DNA of 64,000 bases from an uncultured Acidimicrobiia bacterium (GCA_963790345.1 CAWBOD010000006.1:23573-87572), one strand, 5' to 3'; positions 23,890-34,223 are shown, counted from the stretch's first letter. Notes: generated from the letters alone by a model not told the origin. Numbers and translations are program-made.

Positions 23890-24507
23890 CTAGTCGGCCG
23901 CGTACTCCCCCAGCATTCCCGCCAGGGCTCGAAGCGCCAGGGCTCGATGCGACATCGTGGCCTTGGCCTCGGGGCCGATCTCGGCCAGGGTGACGCCACC
24001 CACCTCGAAGATGGGGTCGTAGCCGAAGCCGAAGGTACCGCGGGCCGCGAGGGCAATGGTCCCCTCGAGGCGACCCTCGGCAACTAGCTCGGAACCATCA
24101 GGCCACACCAGGGCGACCACCGAGCGGAAGGTGGCCCGCCGGTCCTCCACCCCGTCTAGCAACACCAGCATCTTCTCGACGTTTTCCGCATAGGAGGCTT
24201 GCGGTCCAGCGAAGCGAGCCGTGTGGACTCCCGGATCGCCGCCGAGTGCAACCACCTCGAGGCCGGTGTCATCGGCCAGCGCCGGCAGTCCGGTCGCGCT
24301 CGCTACGGCGCGGGCCTTTAGCAAAGCATTCCCTTCGAGTGTGGCTTCGGTCTCGTGAACATCGTCCCAGGACAGTCCCGTGACGATCTCATCGACCAGG
24401 CGTTCCCGCACCAGGACCGACTCGATCTCGATGATCTTGTCTGGGTTTTTCGACGCCACCACCAATCGGGGGATGCGAGCCAGTCGGGGTGACGGCGATG
24501 CGCTCAA
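23890..24507 (-). CDS. rdgB: Non-canonical purine NTP pyrophosphatase RdgB/HAM1
   Basis: VVASKNPDKIIEIESVL...FGYDPIFEVGG...MSHRALALRAL. Confidence 0.85.
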   Translation of the reverse strand: MSASPSPRLARIPRLVVASKNPDKIIEIESVLVRERLVDEIVTGLSWDDVHETEATLEGNALLKARAVASATGLPALADDTGLEVVALGGDPGVHTARFAGPQASYAENVEKMLVLLDGVEDRRATFRSVVALVWPDGSELVAEGRLEGTIALAARGTFGFGYDPIFEVGGVTLAEIGPEAKATMSHRALALRALAGMLGEYAAD

Positions 24508-25214
24508 GGAGCGACTGCTTGGCGTTGGGCGTCTACCAACTGTTCGATGCCGATCCTCGCCAGGTCGAGCATGGCATCGAGATCATCCCGGCTGAACGGT
24601 GCTCCCTCGGCCGTTCCTTGCACCTCGACGAGCAGGCCCCGACCGGACATCACCACGTTCATGTCCACCTCGGCCTTGGCGTCGTCTTCGTACTCGAGAT
24701 CCATTAGGAACTCACCGTCGACCATGCCTACCGAGATTGCTGCGACGTTGTCGATCATCGGATTGCGGACCATTACCCCTCGGGCCACCGCATCTTCAAA
24801 GGCATCGTTCAAAGCGACCCACGCCCCGGTGATCGCGGCGGTGCGGGTGCCACCGTCGGCCTGAAGCACATCGCAATCCACCCGGACCATGCATTCACCC
24901 ATCGCCTTCAAATCGACCACCGACCGGAGTGCCCGGCCGATCAGCCGCGAAATCTCCAGTGCACGACCCTTTTGATACTGGTCGCGGCCGATTCGCTCCC
25001 CGGACGAGCCGGGGAGCATTCCGTACTCGGCTGTGACCCACCCTTTGCCGCTATCCCGCATCCAGCGAGGCACATCGGCTTCGACAGCAGCGGTACAGAG
25101 CACTCTGGTCCGGCCCATCTCGATCAAAACCGACCCCGGGGTCATGTCGGTGTACCCCAGATGCATTTTCAGGGGCCGAAGCTCATCTCTCGGTCGATCG
25201 CGACTCATCGTCAA
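24504..25214 (-). CDS. rph: Ribonuclease PH
   Basis: RPLKMHLGYTDMTPGSVLIEMGRTRVLCTA...QADGGTRTAAITGAWVAL. Overlaps rdgB start (rph-rdgB operon). Confidence 0.9.
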   Translation of the reverse strand: MTMSRDRPRDELRPLKMHLGYTDMTPGSVLIEMGRTRVLCTAAVEADVPRWMRDSGKGWVTAEYGMLPGSSGERIGRDQYQKGRALEISRLIGRALRSVVDLKAMGECMVRVDCDVLQADGGTRTAAITGAWVALNDAFEDAVARGVMVRNPMIDNVAAISVGMVDGEFLMDLEYEDDAKAEVDMNVVMSGRGLLVEVQGTAEGAPFSRDDLDAMLDLARIGIEQLVDAQRQAVAP

Positions 25215-25955
25215 ATCTTTCGACTGGCGCCCGGAACGGCTAGTTCAACCGGGCGATCGAACGCGACTTCCGCCTCGGCGATTGAACGGGACGACTCAAG
25301 ATGGGGAGGGATGTGAGTGAGCATCAAATGCTTCGCCCCGACCTCTCGCGCGATGCTTCCTGCCTCGATTGCAGTCAGGTGGAAGGGATAGTCGCTCTGG
25401 CCAGGCTCGCCCTGGTAGCTAGCTTCGCACAGGAAAAGGTCCGCCCCCTCCGCGACCCTCATCCAGTCACCTTGGGGGCCGGTGTCGGCGCTGTAGGCAA
25501 GGACCCGTCCGTTGGTCTGCCAGCGCGTTGCCACCGTGGTGACCGAGTGATCGGAGCGCCGGAAGAAGATCTTGATGCCGCCCACTTCGACCTCATCGCC
25601 ATCGTCGACGGTGGCGAACTCGAACGTCTCGGCCATCCCACCGTCCTCGTGATCGTCCACGAAACGCAACAGCTTGTCCGAGACCGACGCCGGGCAGTAC
25701 ACGGGGACGTGGGAGCGAGGCCGCGTCGGAGTAACGGAAGACGTGAAAGGCGGTAATGAGATCAAGGCAGTGATCGGGATGCTCGTGAGATAGGACAATC
25801 GCATCGACCATGTGGGGGTCGATGGGAAGGGCCAGAAATGTGCCGGGGCCGGCATCGCACCAGATCCTGGTGCCTTCATTTTCGATCAGATATCCCGACG
25901 CCGGGCGGCCGGGAACCGGATAGGTTCCCGAGGACCCGAGGATTGATAGCTTCAA
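25211..25955 (-). CDS. MBL-fold metallo-hydrolase (frame disrupted)
   Basis: MKLSILGSSGTYP...IVLSHEHPDHCLDL (HxHxDH) in one frame; C-terminal ...LMLTHIPPHL in another. Confidence 0.7.
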
Positions 25956-25979
25956 TTGCTCCCCTGACAGGCTTTTCGT

Positions 25980-26634
25980 CGAGTGTAAATGTCAGGGCGC
26001 CAGACGTTCGATCTGCCATCGCTCTGCCGTGCGCCGATACAGAAACCGATCGTGAAACCTTGCCTCGCGCCCTTGCCAGAATTCGATAGGTGTGCGGGGC
26101 GATCCGATATCCGCCCCAATTGGCGGGTCGGGGAATGTCGCCCTCGGGATACCGGCGTCTGATGTCATCGAGCCGCCCCTCCAGTTCTTCCCGATCCGTG
26201 ACGACCGCGCTCTGGGGGGAGGCGGCCGAAGCCAGCCTCGACTCAGGGGGCCTGGAGGCGAAATAGGCGTCAGATTGGGCGGTGTCGACCCTGGAGACCG
26301 TTCCTTCGATGCGGATCTGTCGACGGATCGGGACCCAGAGGAAGACCGCAGCCGCTACAGGATTGCTCTCGATCTCGACGGCCTTGCGGCTTTCGTAGTT
26401 CGTATAGAAATCGAACCCGTCGGGCGAGATGCCCTTCAACAACACGGTGCGAGCCGACGGGCGACCGGCGGCGTCGGACGTTGCCAGCACGAAAGCGTTG
26501 GGCTCTTCAAGACCGGCCTCTTCGGCATCGGCCATCCAGTGAGTGAATTGGGCCAGGGGGTCGGCCTCGAGTTGGTCGCGGTCCAGCGGAAGGTTGCGAT
26601 AGTCCACCCGCATGCGTTCGAACATTGGATCCAC
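25980..26634 (-). CDS. pdxH: Pyridoxamine 5'-phosphate oxidase (3' end frame-disrupted)
   Basis: [53 protein letters not shown]...WGGYRIAPH. Confidence 0.8.
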
Positions 26635-26664
26635 TCCCGAACGCTAATGCTTAGCCTGTCCGCC

Positions 26665-27126
26665 ATGGCCACAGGTCCGGCGGGTGGCGGTCGCGAGGGC
26701 GCGAGCCGCCAACGCTTTTCGACACTCGTCTCGAGAGCGCTTCGTCGGAGATGCCCGAACTGCGGCGCCCGCGGAGCCTTTGCGGGCTACTGGACGCTGG
26801 CGCCGCACTGCCCCGCTTGCGGCCACAAGTTCATGCGAGAACCGGGCTATTGGGTCGGAGCTGTGATCTTCAACACCTCCCTGGCCATAGTCGCCTTCCT
26901 GCTGACCTTCGCAGTGTTCCTCGTGGCGACCTGGCCCGAAGTTCCTTGGGACTGGCTGGCGCCGACGGCGATCGGGGTGACAGTTCTGGTCCCGGTGTTG
27001 TTCTATCCATGGGCTCAAGGGTTGTGGATGGCCTACGACCTGTTCGTTCACCCCTTGGAGCCAAAGGAGCAAGAAGCCGCGCGGGAGAGGCTCGGTGGCT
27101 CATCTCCCAGCCATCGCCCCTCATAG
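26665..27126 (+). CDS. DUF983-like zinc-ribbon membrane protein
   Basis: CPNCGARGAFAGYWTLAPHCPACGHKF followed by two TM helices. Confidence 0.55.
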   Translation: MATGPAGGGREGASRQRFSTLVSRALRRRCPNCGARGAFAGYWTLAPHCPACGHKFMREPGYWVGAVIFNTSLAIVAFLLTFAVFLVATWPEVPWDWLAPTAIGVTVLVPVLFYPWAQGLWMAYDLFVHPLEPKEQEAARERLGGSSPSHRPS

Positions 27127-27136
27127 GGACCCGGGG

Positions 27137-28279
27137 TCAGAGTCGTTTGGCAACCTCGTCCAGCATGACCTCCGTCGCTCCGCCACCAATCGAATGGATT
27201 CGAACATCCCGATAGAGGCGCTCGACAGCCGTCTCCCTGATGTAGCCCATGCCCCCATGGAACTGAACGCATGCGTAGAGAACCTCGTTGGCGAGCTCCC
27301 CTACGTACGCCTTCACCATTGAGACCTCCTTGACGGCATCGTCACCTCGCTCCATCAGCCAGCCCGCATGGTGTACAAGTTGTCTGCCTGCCTCGAGGCG
27401 CGCCGTCAGCATGGCCAGGCGCTGGCGAATGACCTGCTTGTCGAAGAGCGGTGACCCGAACGCTTTCCGGCGGCGGACGTGTTCCAGGGTCAATTCGAGG
27501 GCGCGACTCGCCTCACCGATCGCCTGAGCAGCAATGGCGAGACGCTCGTTCTGGAAATTGGTCATGATGTAGTAGAACCCGCGGTTCTCCTCACCGATCA
27601 GGTGATCCTCGGGGATCCAACAGTCGCTGAAGGACAACTCCGATGTATCGGAGCAGTGCCAGCCCATCTTCGGAAGGGCGCGGCTGACCGTGAACCCCTC
27701 CGCGCCTCGCGGCACCGCGAATATGGAGATGGCCCGGGATCCTTTCGAGTCGCCATGCGTGCGGGCTGCCACGAATACGAGGTCGGCGGTCCCACCGTTG
27801 GTGATGAACATCTTCGATCCGTTGATTCGCCACCCATCTCCGTCCCTGCGGGCCTTGGTTCGGATGGACGCCACATCGGAGCCGGCGTCGGCCTCGGTGA
27901 CGGCGATGGCGGTAAGGGTCTCGCCCGTGAGCATGCCTGGAAGCCAAGTCTTCTTCTGGTCGTCGGAGCCAAAGTTGAGGAGATAAGGCATCGCCAGGTC
28001 GGTGTGGACCAGGGCGGTGATCGAGAACCCGCCGTAGGTGGAACGGCCGAGTTCCTCGGCGAAGGCGATGGAAGCCAACGGGCCAAAACCTACGCCCCCA
28101 TACTGCTCGGGAACCCGCAATCCAAAGAAGCCGATGTCACCCATCTTCTTGAGAACCGCCCGGGGAACATTGGCCTCCTTCTCCCAGGCATCTGCATTCG
28201 GAAGGACCTCTTCTTCTACGAAGCGACGGGTCTGAGCCCGGATCGCGTCGAGGTCGTCGTTGTCGTAGATCGAGGTCAC
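27137..28279 (-). CDS. Acyl-CoA dehydrogenase
   Basis: Full ACAD fold with WLPGMLTGETLTAIAVTEADAGSD and C-terminal YRDVRIHSIGGGATEVM. Start position approximate. Confidence 0.85.
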   Translation of the reverse strand: MTSIYDNDDLDAIRAQTRRFVEEEVLPNADAWEKEANVPRAVLKKMGDIGFFGLRVPEQYGGVGFGPLASIAFAEELGRSTYGGFSITALVHTDLAMPYLLNFGSDDQKKTWLPGMLTGETLTAIAVTEADAGSDVASIRTKARRDGDGWRINGSKMFITNGGTADLVFVAARTHGDSKGSRAISIFAVPRGAEGFTVSRALPKMGWHCSDTSELSFSDCWIPEDHLIGEENRGFYYIMTNFQNERLAIAAQAIGEASRALELTLEHVRRRKAFGSPLFDKQVIRQRLAMLTARLEAGRQLVHHAGWLMERGDDAVKEVSMVKAYVGELANEVLYACVQFHGGMGYIRETAVERLYRDVRIHSIGGGATEVMLDEVAKRL

Positions 28280-28313
28280 AGCCTGAAGATAGGCGCAAAA
28301 GTCAGAACGTGAG

Positions 28314-28898
28314 TTGGGTACCGTTGGACGGATGAGGTCGTCTTCGACGATGGTGGCGGTTGTTGCCGAGGGCGCTCGGCCCGCCTTGGTCCGCCTCGCC
28401 GAACGTGCTGCCAACGTGGCGGCAGAAGCCGCTGGCGACCTTCCGGATTCGTGGTCGGAAGCGGCGATCGTGACCAGGGCCACCTGGGACCGGGCCGTTC
28501 GACATCGTTTGATCTACACCGTCGTGGATGTTGATCCTTTGGCGCCGGTGGTCATGGAGTGGTCTCGCAGGCTCATGGGTCAGCAACACGAGCTGGAACT
28601 GGCGATCGGCGCATCCAACCCACCAGATCCTCCCGACTTTTACCTGGTCGACGAGCAGCTCAACCATCCACTGGTCGACTGGTACCTCGGCCATCTCCGG
28701 GACCTCTCACCCGGACGGGTCGTGCCCGTGAAACTCGACCCCGAGTCGATCTCGCATGCTTTGGGGTCGCTCGGTTATGGACCCTCCTTTCCCAGTGGCA
28801 AGGAGCTGGCCGCCAGCGCCCGCGAATACGTCCCCTTGCCAGGATTGGCCGCTGTGAGCCCGAAAGGCGACGCTCCGGTCGAACAGATGTTCGACTAA
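28314..28898 (+). CDS. Hypothetical protein
   Basis: 194 aa ORF with coding-like composition and no recognisable family. Confidence 0.35.
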   Translation: MGTVGRMRSSSTMVAVVAEGARPALVRLAERAANVAAEAAGDLPDSWSEAAIVTRATWDRAVRHRLIYTVVDVDPLAPVVMEWSRRLMGQQHELELAIGASNPPDPPDFYLVDEQLNHPLVDWYLGHLRDLSPGRVVPVKLDPESISHALGSLGYGPSFPSGKELAASAREYVPLPGLAAVSPKGDAPVEQMFD

Positions 28899-28907
28899 CG
28901 TGGCCCT

Positions 28908-30856
28908 GTGGCAGAGTTCCGCTGGCGCCAGTTGGCTGATTCCCAGGACGGTCTGTTCGAGACCAGCCGGCGCGTGGTCGGTAGGGGCGAGTACCGGGGG
29001 CTGACCTTCCACGAGATCGAGGCCAGGTCGATCATCACGAAGTCCCCACCGGGGACTCCCTGGTTCGGATACTCGATCAACGCCTACAGGGGATGCAGTC
29101 ATGCGTGCAGTCTATTGCCTTGTAGGAGAGACCCCAATCCTCATGGCCAACGGTCGGACGAAACCGATAGCAAAGATCAGACCCGGCGACCGCGTGTACG
29201 GAACCAGACGCGAAGGCAACTACCGCCGATTTGTCGAAGCCGAGGTCCTCGATCATTGGGCGACTGTCAAACCCGCCTATCGAGTCCTCGCGGGTCGAGG
29301 CACTGTCTTGGTTGCCAGCGGTGACCACAGATTCCTGACAGACCGTGGCTGGAAACACGTGACCGGAAGCCAGCAAGGACCCGACCAACGCCCCCACCTG
29401 ACGATCAATAACAGACTCCTGGGTCTGGGTCCTACTGGATCACCCCCAAAACACGACGAGGACTTTCGACGCGGATATCTGTGCGGAATGATCCGCGGTG
29501 ATGGCACGGTGGGGACCTACTCATACCCTCGGCCCGGGAGAACGTCGGTCCTCGTTCACCGATTCCGTGTTGCCCTTGTGGACGGAGAAGCCCTGGAACG
29601 CACCAGAACGTTCCTTCGGGACCTGGGCGTCGAGACAAAAGCGTTTCTGTACTCCCAACCAACCGAGACGCATCGAGAATTGCGCGCGATCCGAACGTCG
29701 CGCAAAGCGGACATTGACCTGATCCGAGCAACGATTGAGTGGCCCGACGAGGCGTCGGAAGGATGGGGACGGGGTTTCCTGGCTGGGATTTTTGACGCCG
29801 AAGGAAGCCACAGCGAACACGTTCTCAGATTCTCCAATGCAGACAAGACAATTCTGACGGTCGATATCAGATCAGCTCGATCGCTTGGGATTCGATTCGG
29901 TGATCGAACCCGAGCGTGGTCAATCCCGGGTCAGAACAGTGCGTATCAGAGGCGGAATGAGTGAACACCTCCGGTTCTTCCTGACAGTCGATCCCGCAAT
30001 TACTCGAAAACGAAGCCTCCTTGGAACAGCGTTGAAAGCGAACTCGGGCATGACCGTGACGTCCGTCGAACCCTTGGGTTTCGACGTTCCGATGTACGAC
30101 ATCACGACAACGACGGGAGACTTCATCGCGAACGGAGTCGTCAGTCACAACTGCTTCGCTCGGCCGACCCATGACTACCTCGGCTTCAATATGGGCAACG
30201 ACTTCGATACGCAGATAGTCGTCAAAACCAACGCGGTCGACCTGGTTAGAGCTGAGACGATGCCGGGACGCTGGCCCGGCGACTCCATCGCCATGGGTAC
30301 CAACACCGATCCCTATCAGGCCGCGGAGGGCAAATACAAACTGACCCGGGGAATAGTCGAGGTGCTGGTCGAACGCAGCAACCCTTTCTCAATCCTGACC
30401 AAGTCGCCTCTGGTGCTGCGCGACATCGCTCTCATCACCGAGGCTTCGAAGAGAGCCGAGGTGTCCGTTTCCTTTTCCGTGGCGACGGTGGACGAAGACG
30501 TGTGGCGTCGGACCGAGCCGGGCGCCCCGCATCCACGAAAGCGACTCGAGGCGCTGGCCAAGCTCCGAGCGGCGGGTATCAGCGGCGGCGTGATGATGGC
30601 GCCGATTCTTCCGGGCATCTCCGACCGGCCTGATCAGATCGCAGCGGTCAAGCAGGCTGCACGAGAAGCCGGGGCGGAGTCGTGGCATCCGGTGAAGTTG
30701 CACCTGCGTGGGATGAGACAGCACTTTCTCGACTGGCTCAAGGAGGATTCGCCCCAGTTGGTCGAGCGATATGAAGAGATGTATCCGGAACGCCGCCCCA
30801 AGCCCCGGCAGCGAAGATCAGAAACCCCGGACCGCGACCAGCTGAGTCTCCTCTAA
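28908..30856 (+). CDS. Radical SAM protein (Rv2578c/SplB 'DNA repair photolyase'-like) interrupted by an intein; extein and intein segments lie in shifted frames
   Basis: N-extein ...FHEIEARSIITKSPPGTPWFGYSINAYRGCSHAC(VY). C-extein CFARPTHDYLGFNMGNDFDTQIVVKTNAV... continues to 30856. Predicted spliced junction CSHACVYCFARP recreates the canonical CxxxCxxC motif. Confidence 0.8.
29116..30151 (+). mobile_element. Intein with LAGLIDADG homing-endonuclease domain
   Basis: Begins CLVGETPILMANGRTKPIAKIRPGDRVYG (Hint block A). Two LAGLIDADG motifs: YLCGMIRGDG and FLAGIFDAEGS. Ends ...GDFIANGVVSHN followed by the Cys +1 extein residue. Confidence 0.8.
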
Positions 30857-30931
30857 CACCCCTCGGGGCTGAGAGATCCATGCAAAGCCACGGCGAAGGG
30901 AAAGAGGATCCTGTCATCGGCCCGACCGCGC

Positions 30932-31045
30932 CGCCAAATTTGGCGTGACAAGAACAGATCCTCCCAACTTTGGCGCGTGGCGAACAACAGGTGTTCGCCC
31001 TGGACCAGATTTCGAGGGAAGTGTTCGTCCCCCGCCAAATTTGTG
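30932..31045. promoter_or_regulatory. Cluster of dyad-symmetric sites (cgccaaatttggcg and variants; ggcgaacaNNNNNtgttcgcc)
   Basis: Perfect 14-bp palindrome at 30932-30945. Two half-conserved copies at about 30963-30977 and 31032-31044. Separate dyad at 30979-31000. Lies between convergent radical SAM gene and ssrA. Confidence 0.35.
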
Positions 31046-31189
31046 TTGAGTGGGTGGATCAGCCTTCGGTGGATCGAATCGAGACAGGAAACCAGACGAT
31101 GTTTTCGCGCATCAAGCGCGGCCCGCGGGCCGCGCTTGATGCGTTAAAACCATGGAGCTCCAGGAACGTTCGGGAATCCCAAACGCTCT

Positions 31190-31541
31190 TGGAGGTGCCG
31201 GGGGTCGAACCCGGGTCCGCTGAGCCGTTGGCGCCGGCATCTCCGAGCGCAGCCGTCGGCGAGCTTTTCGATCGATGGGACCCCAACGGCGGGCTTCCCT
31301 CCGACTTATCCGGAATTGATCTTTGTCCCCCGGTCCCGGAACCCGGAGGACGCATTCCGCATTGCGGCGCCCGGTCCCGGCGAGGCGGACACCCACCGGG
31401 CGGACGGGCTGCTTTTAGTTAGGCAGCCAGTGCGAAGTTGTCTTCGGCACTTGTGTTTTTTCCCGGCTCTTTAACGAGGATCCGGAGACCTCGGCTCGCT
31501 TCCGACGCCTTAAAACTCAACGTCGAGACCATTTCACCCCC
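31190..31541 (-). ncRNA. ssrA: tmRNA (SsrA)
   Basis: 5' end ggggg ugaaauggucucgacg, tRNA-like 3' end ...ccggguucgacccccggcaccucca. Tag ORF gcc gaa gac aac ttc gca ctg gct gcc taa = AEDNFALAA*. smpB immediately upstream. Confidence 0.85.
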
Positions 31542-31555
31542 ATGGGTAAGCAAAG

Positions 31556-31626
31556 CCTAGTAGGCGGCCCTGAGTATGCGTAGGCAGCTCAGCGAATACT
31601 GCCTACTGCCTACTGATTACTGCCTT
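31556..31626. repeat. Composite GTAGGCAG / CTGCCTACT repeat element (locus B)
   Basis: ctagtaggcggcc...gcgtaggcagctc then tactgcctactgcctactgattactgcc. Lies between the smpB stop and the ssrA 5' end. Confidence 0.75.
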
Positions 31627-32084
31627 CTTTTCTTCATAGCCCGCTCCATCTCCCGCTTCTGGTCTCGTTCCTTCAGAGTGTCGCGCTTATCGATGGTGTT
31701 TTTCCCTCGGGCGAGCCCGAGGTTGACCTTGACCCTTCCCGAACGGAAGTGGAGATCGAGTGGGATCAGGGTCAGCCCCTGCTCGGCCACCCTCGCTCCA
31801 AGACGGTCGATCTCCCGACGGTTCAACAGCAGCTTCCTGGTGCGTTCAGGCTCATGGCCCCCGCCCCGGGAGAAGTTGTACGGAGCGATGTAGGCACCGA
31901 CGAGAAACGCCTCGCCGTCGCGAATGTGGGCGAAGCTGTCTTTGAGCTGAGCCTTGCCCTCCCGCAGACTCTTCACCTCCGAACCCTCGAGGACCAGACC
32001 CGCCTCGACTTGATCAAGAATTTCGTAGTCGTGACGAGCCCGACGATTGCTGGCAACGACCTTGATATCCCCCTTTTCCGCCAT
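31617..32084 (-). CDS. smpB: SsrA-binding protein SmpB
   Basis: MAEKGDIKVVASNRRARHDYEILDQVEAGLVLEGSEVKSLREGK... Confidence 0.9.
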   Translation of the reverse strand: MAEKGDIKVVASNRRARHDYEILDQVEAGLVLEGSEVKSLREGKAQLKDSFAHIRDGEAFLVGAYIAPYNFSRGGGHEPERTRKLLLNRREIDRLGARVAEQGLTLIPLDLHFRSGRVKVNLGLARGKNTIDKRDTLKERDQKREMERAMKKRRQ

Positions 32085-32091
32085 GACGATC

Positions 32092-33288
32092 TCAGCCGAG
32101 GTACTGCATCGGATCGACCGGGACGCCGTTGAGACGGACTTCGAAGTGGAGATGGGGTCCGGTGCAACTACCGGTGCAACCTACGTACCCGATGACCACT
32201 CCCCGGGTCACTACCTCGCCTACGGACACGGCGATGCTCGATTGATGAGCGTAGAGCGTGGACATCCCTCCTCCGTGGTCGATGACGACGGCGCGGCCGT
32301 AGCCACCGTAGGTCTGGGACAGAATCACCGTGCCATCTGCTGCGGCCGAAATCGGCGTCCCCGTCGATCCGTTGATGTCAATCCCGGTGTGAAGCTTTCT
32401 CACTCCCAGGATCGGGTGGATTCGATAGCCAAATGGCGAGCTGACCCGCCCGTTGAGCGGCCACGCCAGAATGCCGGGAGCCTCGCCCTCGTCACTCTGC
32501 AGTCTCGCGATCTCGTCCTCGAGACGTTCGGCGTCGGCCTCGAGCCCGTCTTTGTGCTCTTCGGCCGCCGCGATGTTGCGGCGGATCTCGTCGAGCAGGG
32601 ACTGAACGGCGGCGGCTTCGTTTTGAGCCGCGGCCAGCGCCTCGTTGGCGGCATTGCGTTCGATTTCGAGCTGTGACTTCTCAGCTTCGAGTTGGGCCAG
32701 CTGGACCTGGGTCTCGACCTTTCTCTCGGCAACGCCTTCTCGCTGACGTTCTTCTTCCCGCTGGAGCAATTCGAAGGAGGTGAAGATGTCCTCGTTCTCA
32801 GCGAAGATATCGCCGGCGTACACGATCACCGTCGCAGCCGAGACCGCGTCTTGCTGCGAGAACAGGCCCAGGGCCGGCATCGCCGAGGCCTCCATGTACA
32901 TGGCCACCGCTTGATCCTCGAGGCGGGTTTCGGTGTTCCGGAGGTCGATCTCGGTTCGGGCGAGGTCAGCCTCGAGACCATCCAATTGAATCGTCAGGTC
33001 GGCCACCGCCTGTTCGGTGTCGTGGACCCGGGCGATGGTTTGGTCGACCCGCGCCTGAGCGGCATTGAACAGCGACAAGGCTGCCTCGAGGTTGGCCTGG
33101 GCTGCCGCCACCTTCTGACCGACTGTGCTCGCCTCGGTCCGAGCGGCCTTGATGGCCCGGTCGACTTCCGCCAGCGCCAGCTGCACTCGTTGCAACTCGG
33201 ATGCGACGTCATCCTGGGCTCCGACGGGAGCCGAAACCCAGAGGAGGGCTAGAACCACGAGGAGCACGGCTAGCCGTGCGGGCTTCAC
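32092..33288 (-). CDS. M23 family peptidoglycan metalloendopeptidase with N-terminal coiled coil (EnvC-like)
   Basis: Signal peptide. Long coiled coil. C-terminal LytM domain HTGIDINGSTGTPISAAADGTVI...GPHLHFEV. Confidence 0.85.
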   Translation of the reverse strand: MKPARLAVLLVVLALLWVSAPVGAQDDVASELQRVQLALAEVDRAIKAARTEASTVGQKVAAAQANLEAALSLFNAAQARVDQTIARVHDTEQAVADLTIQLDGLEADLARTEIDLRNTETRLEDQAVAMYMEASAMPALGLFSQQDAVSAATVIVYAGDIFAENEDIFTSFELLQREEERQREGVAERKVETQVQLAQLEAEKSQLEIERNAANEALAAAQNEAAAVQSLLDEIRRNIAAAEEHKDGLEADAERLEDEIARLQSDEGEAPGILAWPLNGRVSSPFGYRIHPILGVRKLHTGIDINGSTGTPISAAADGTVILSQTYGGYGRAVVIDHGGGMSTLYAHQSSIAVSVGEVVTRGVVIGYVGCTGSCTGPHLHFEVRLNGVPVDPMQYLG

Positions 33289-34223
33289 AGCGGCTCGAGG
33301 ACCCGCCGGGCGCCTGTTACCGGGCGTTCCCCTTCGTCATCTCGCAGGTATCGGCTGAGTCCCAGCACGCTTCCCAGCACACCTGCCGCTGCACCGAACA
33401 GAAGAAACAGAATCCCCCATGTCACGAAGAACCGGTCCGAGATCGAGAACGAGATGATCTCGATGGTTTCACCGAGCGTCCTCAGGTTACGTGACGCAAC
33501 CCACACAGTCGTGACCGCAAGTCCGGCCCCCACCAGGCCCTCGATCATCCCCTCGAGAATGAACGGGATCCGGACGAACCAGTTCGATGCCCCGACCAGT
33601 TTCATGATCGCCACCTCGTCGCGGCGCGGATAAATAGCCATCCGGATGGTGTTGGCGATCAAAATCACCGCCGAGACACCGAGAACGAATGCCAGGCCGA
33701 GCCCCAACAGGTTCAGCACAGTCGACAGCGAAGAGAGTTGTTCGATCTGCTCGCCGAAGGTGACCACCCGCTTGATGAGTTGGGACTGATCGGCCAAGCG
33801 GAACTGGACGTCCCGGTAGAGGTCGATGTTGTTGAGCTCGATTCGCACAGAGGCGGGGAGGACGCTGGGATCGATATCCAAATAATCGGGCCGATCGGCA
33901 AACAACTCCTGATACTCGACCCAAGCCTCGGCCTTGTCGACGTAGAAGGCTGCCGCCACTTCGGACCAGCTTTGAACCTCCGTCAACAGAGCCTGGTGAG
34001 AGCCCGTAGCGACGCCGTCACTCCCCTCGTCGTTGAGGAAGGCGATGACATGCACTCCGTCCTGCCACGCCAGGGTGTTGATCCTGAGGAGCTGGTTCAC
34101 CACCAGCGCCCCAAATGCGAGGGCGAGCGATATGAAGACTGCCAGGACGGCCCCGAGGACCACGAGAAGATTCCGGCGAAGGTTGATCAAGGCTTCCCTC
34201 ATCAGGAAGGCGACCCGGCTCAC
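33285..34223 (-). CDS. ftsX: Cell division ABC transporter permease FtsX
   Basis: [33 protein letters not shown]... with four TM segments. Follows ftsE. Confidence 0.85.
   Translation of the reverse strand: MSRVAFLMREALINLRRNLLVVLGAVLAVFISLALAFGALVVNQLLRINTLAWQDGVHVIAFLNDEGSDGVATGSHQALLTEVQSWSEVAAAFYVDKAEAWVEYQELFADRPDYLDIDPSVLPASVRIELNNIDLYRDVQFRLADQSQLIKRVVTFGEQIEQLSSLSTVLNLLGLGLAFVLGVSAVILIANTIRMAIYPRRDEVAIMKLVGASNWFVRIPFILEGMIEGLVGAGLAVTTVWVASRNLRTLGETIEIISFSISDRFFVTWGILFLLFGAAAGVLGSVLGLSRYLRDDEGERPVTGARRVLEPL

Noticed and set aside
30970-31422. 150-aa plus-strand ORF
   Set aside because: Lies antisense across the tmRNA gene and the dyad-site region; no protein-like features.
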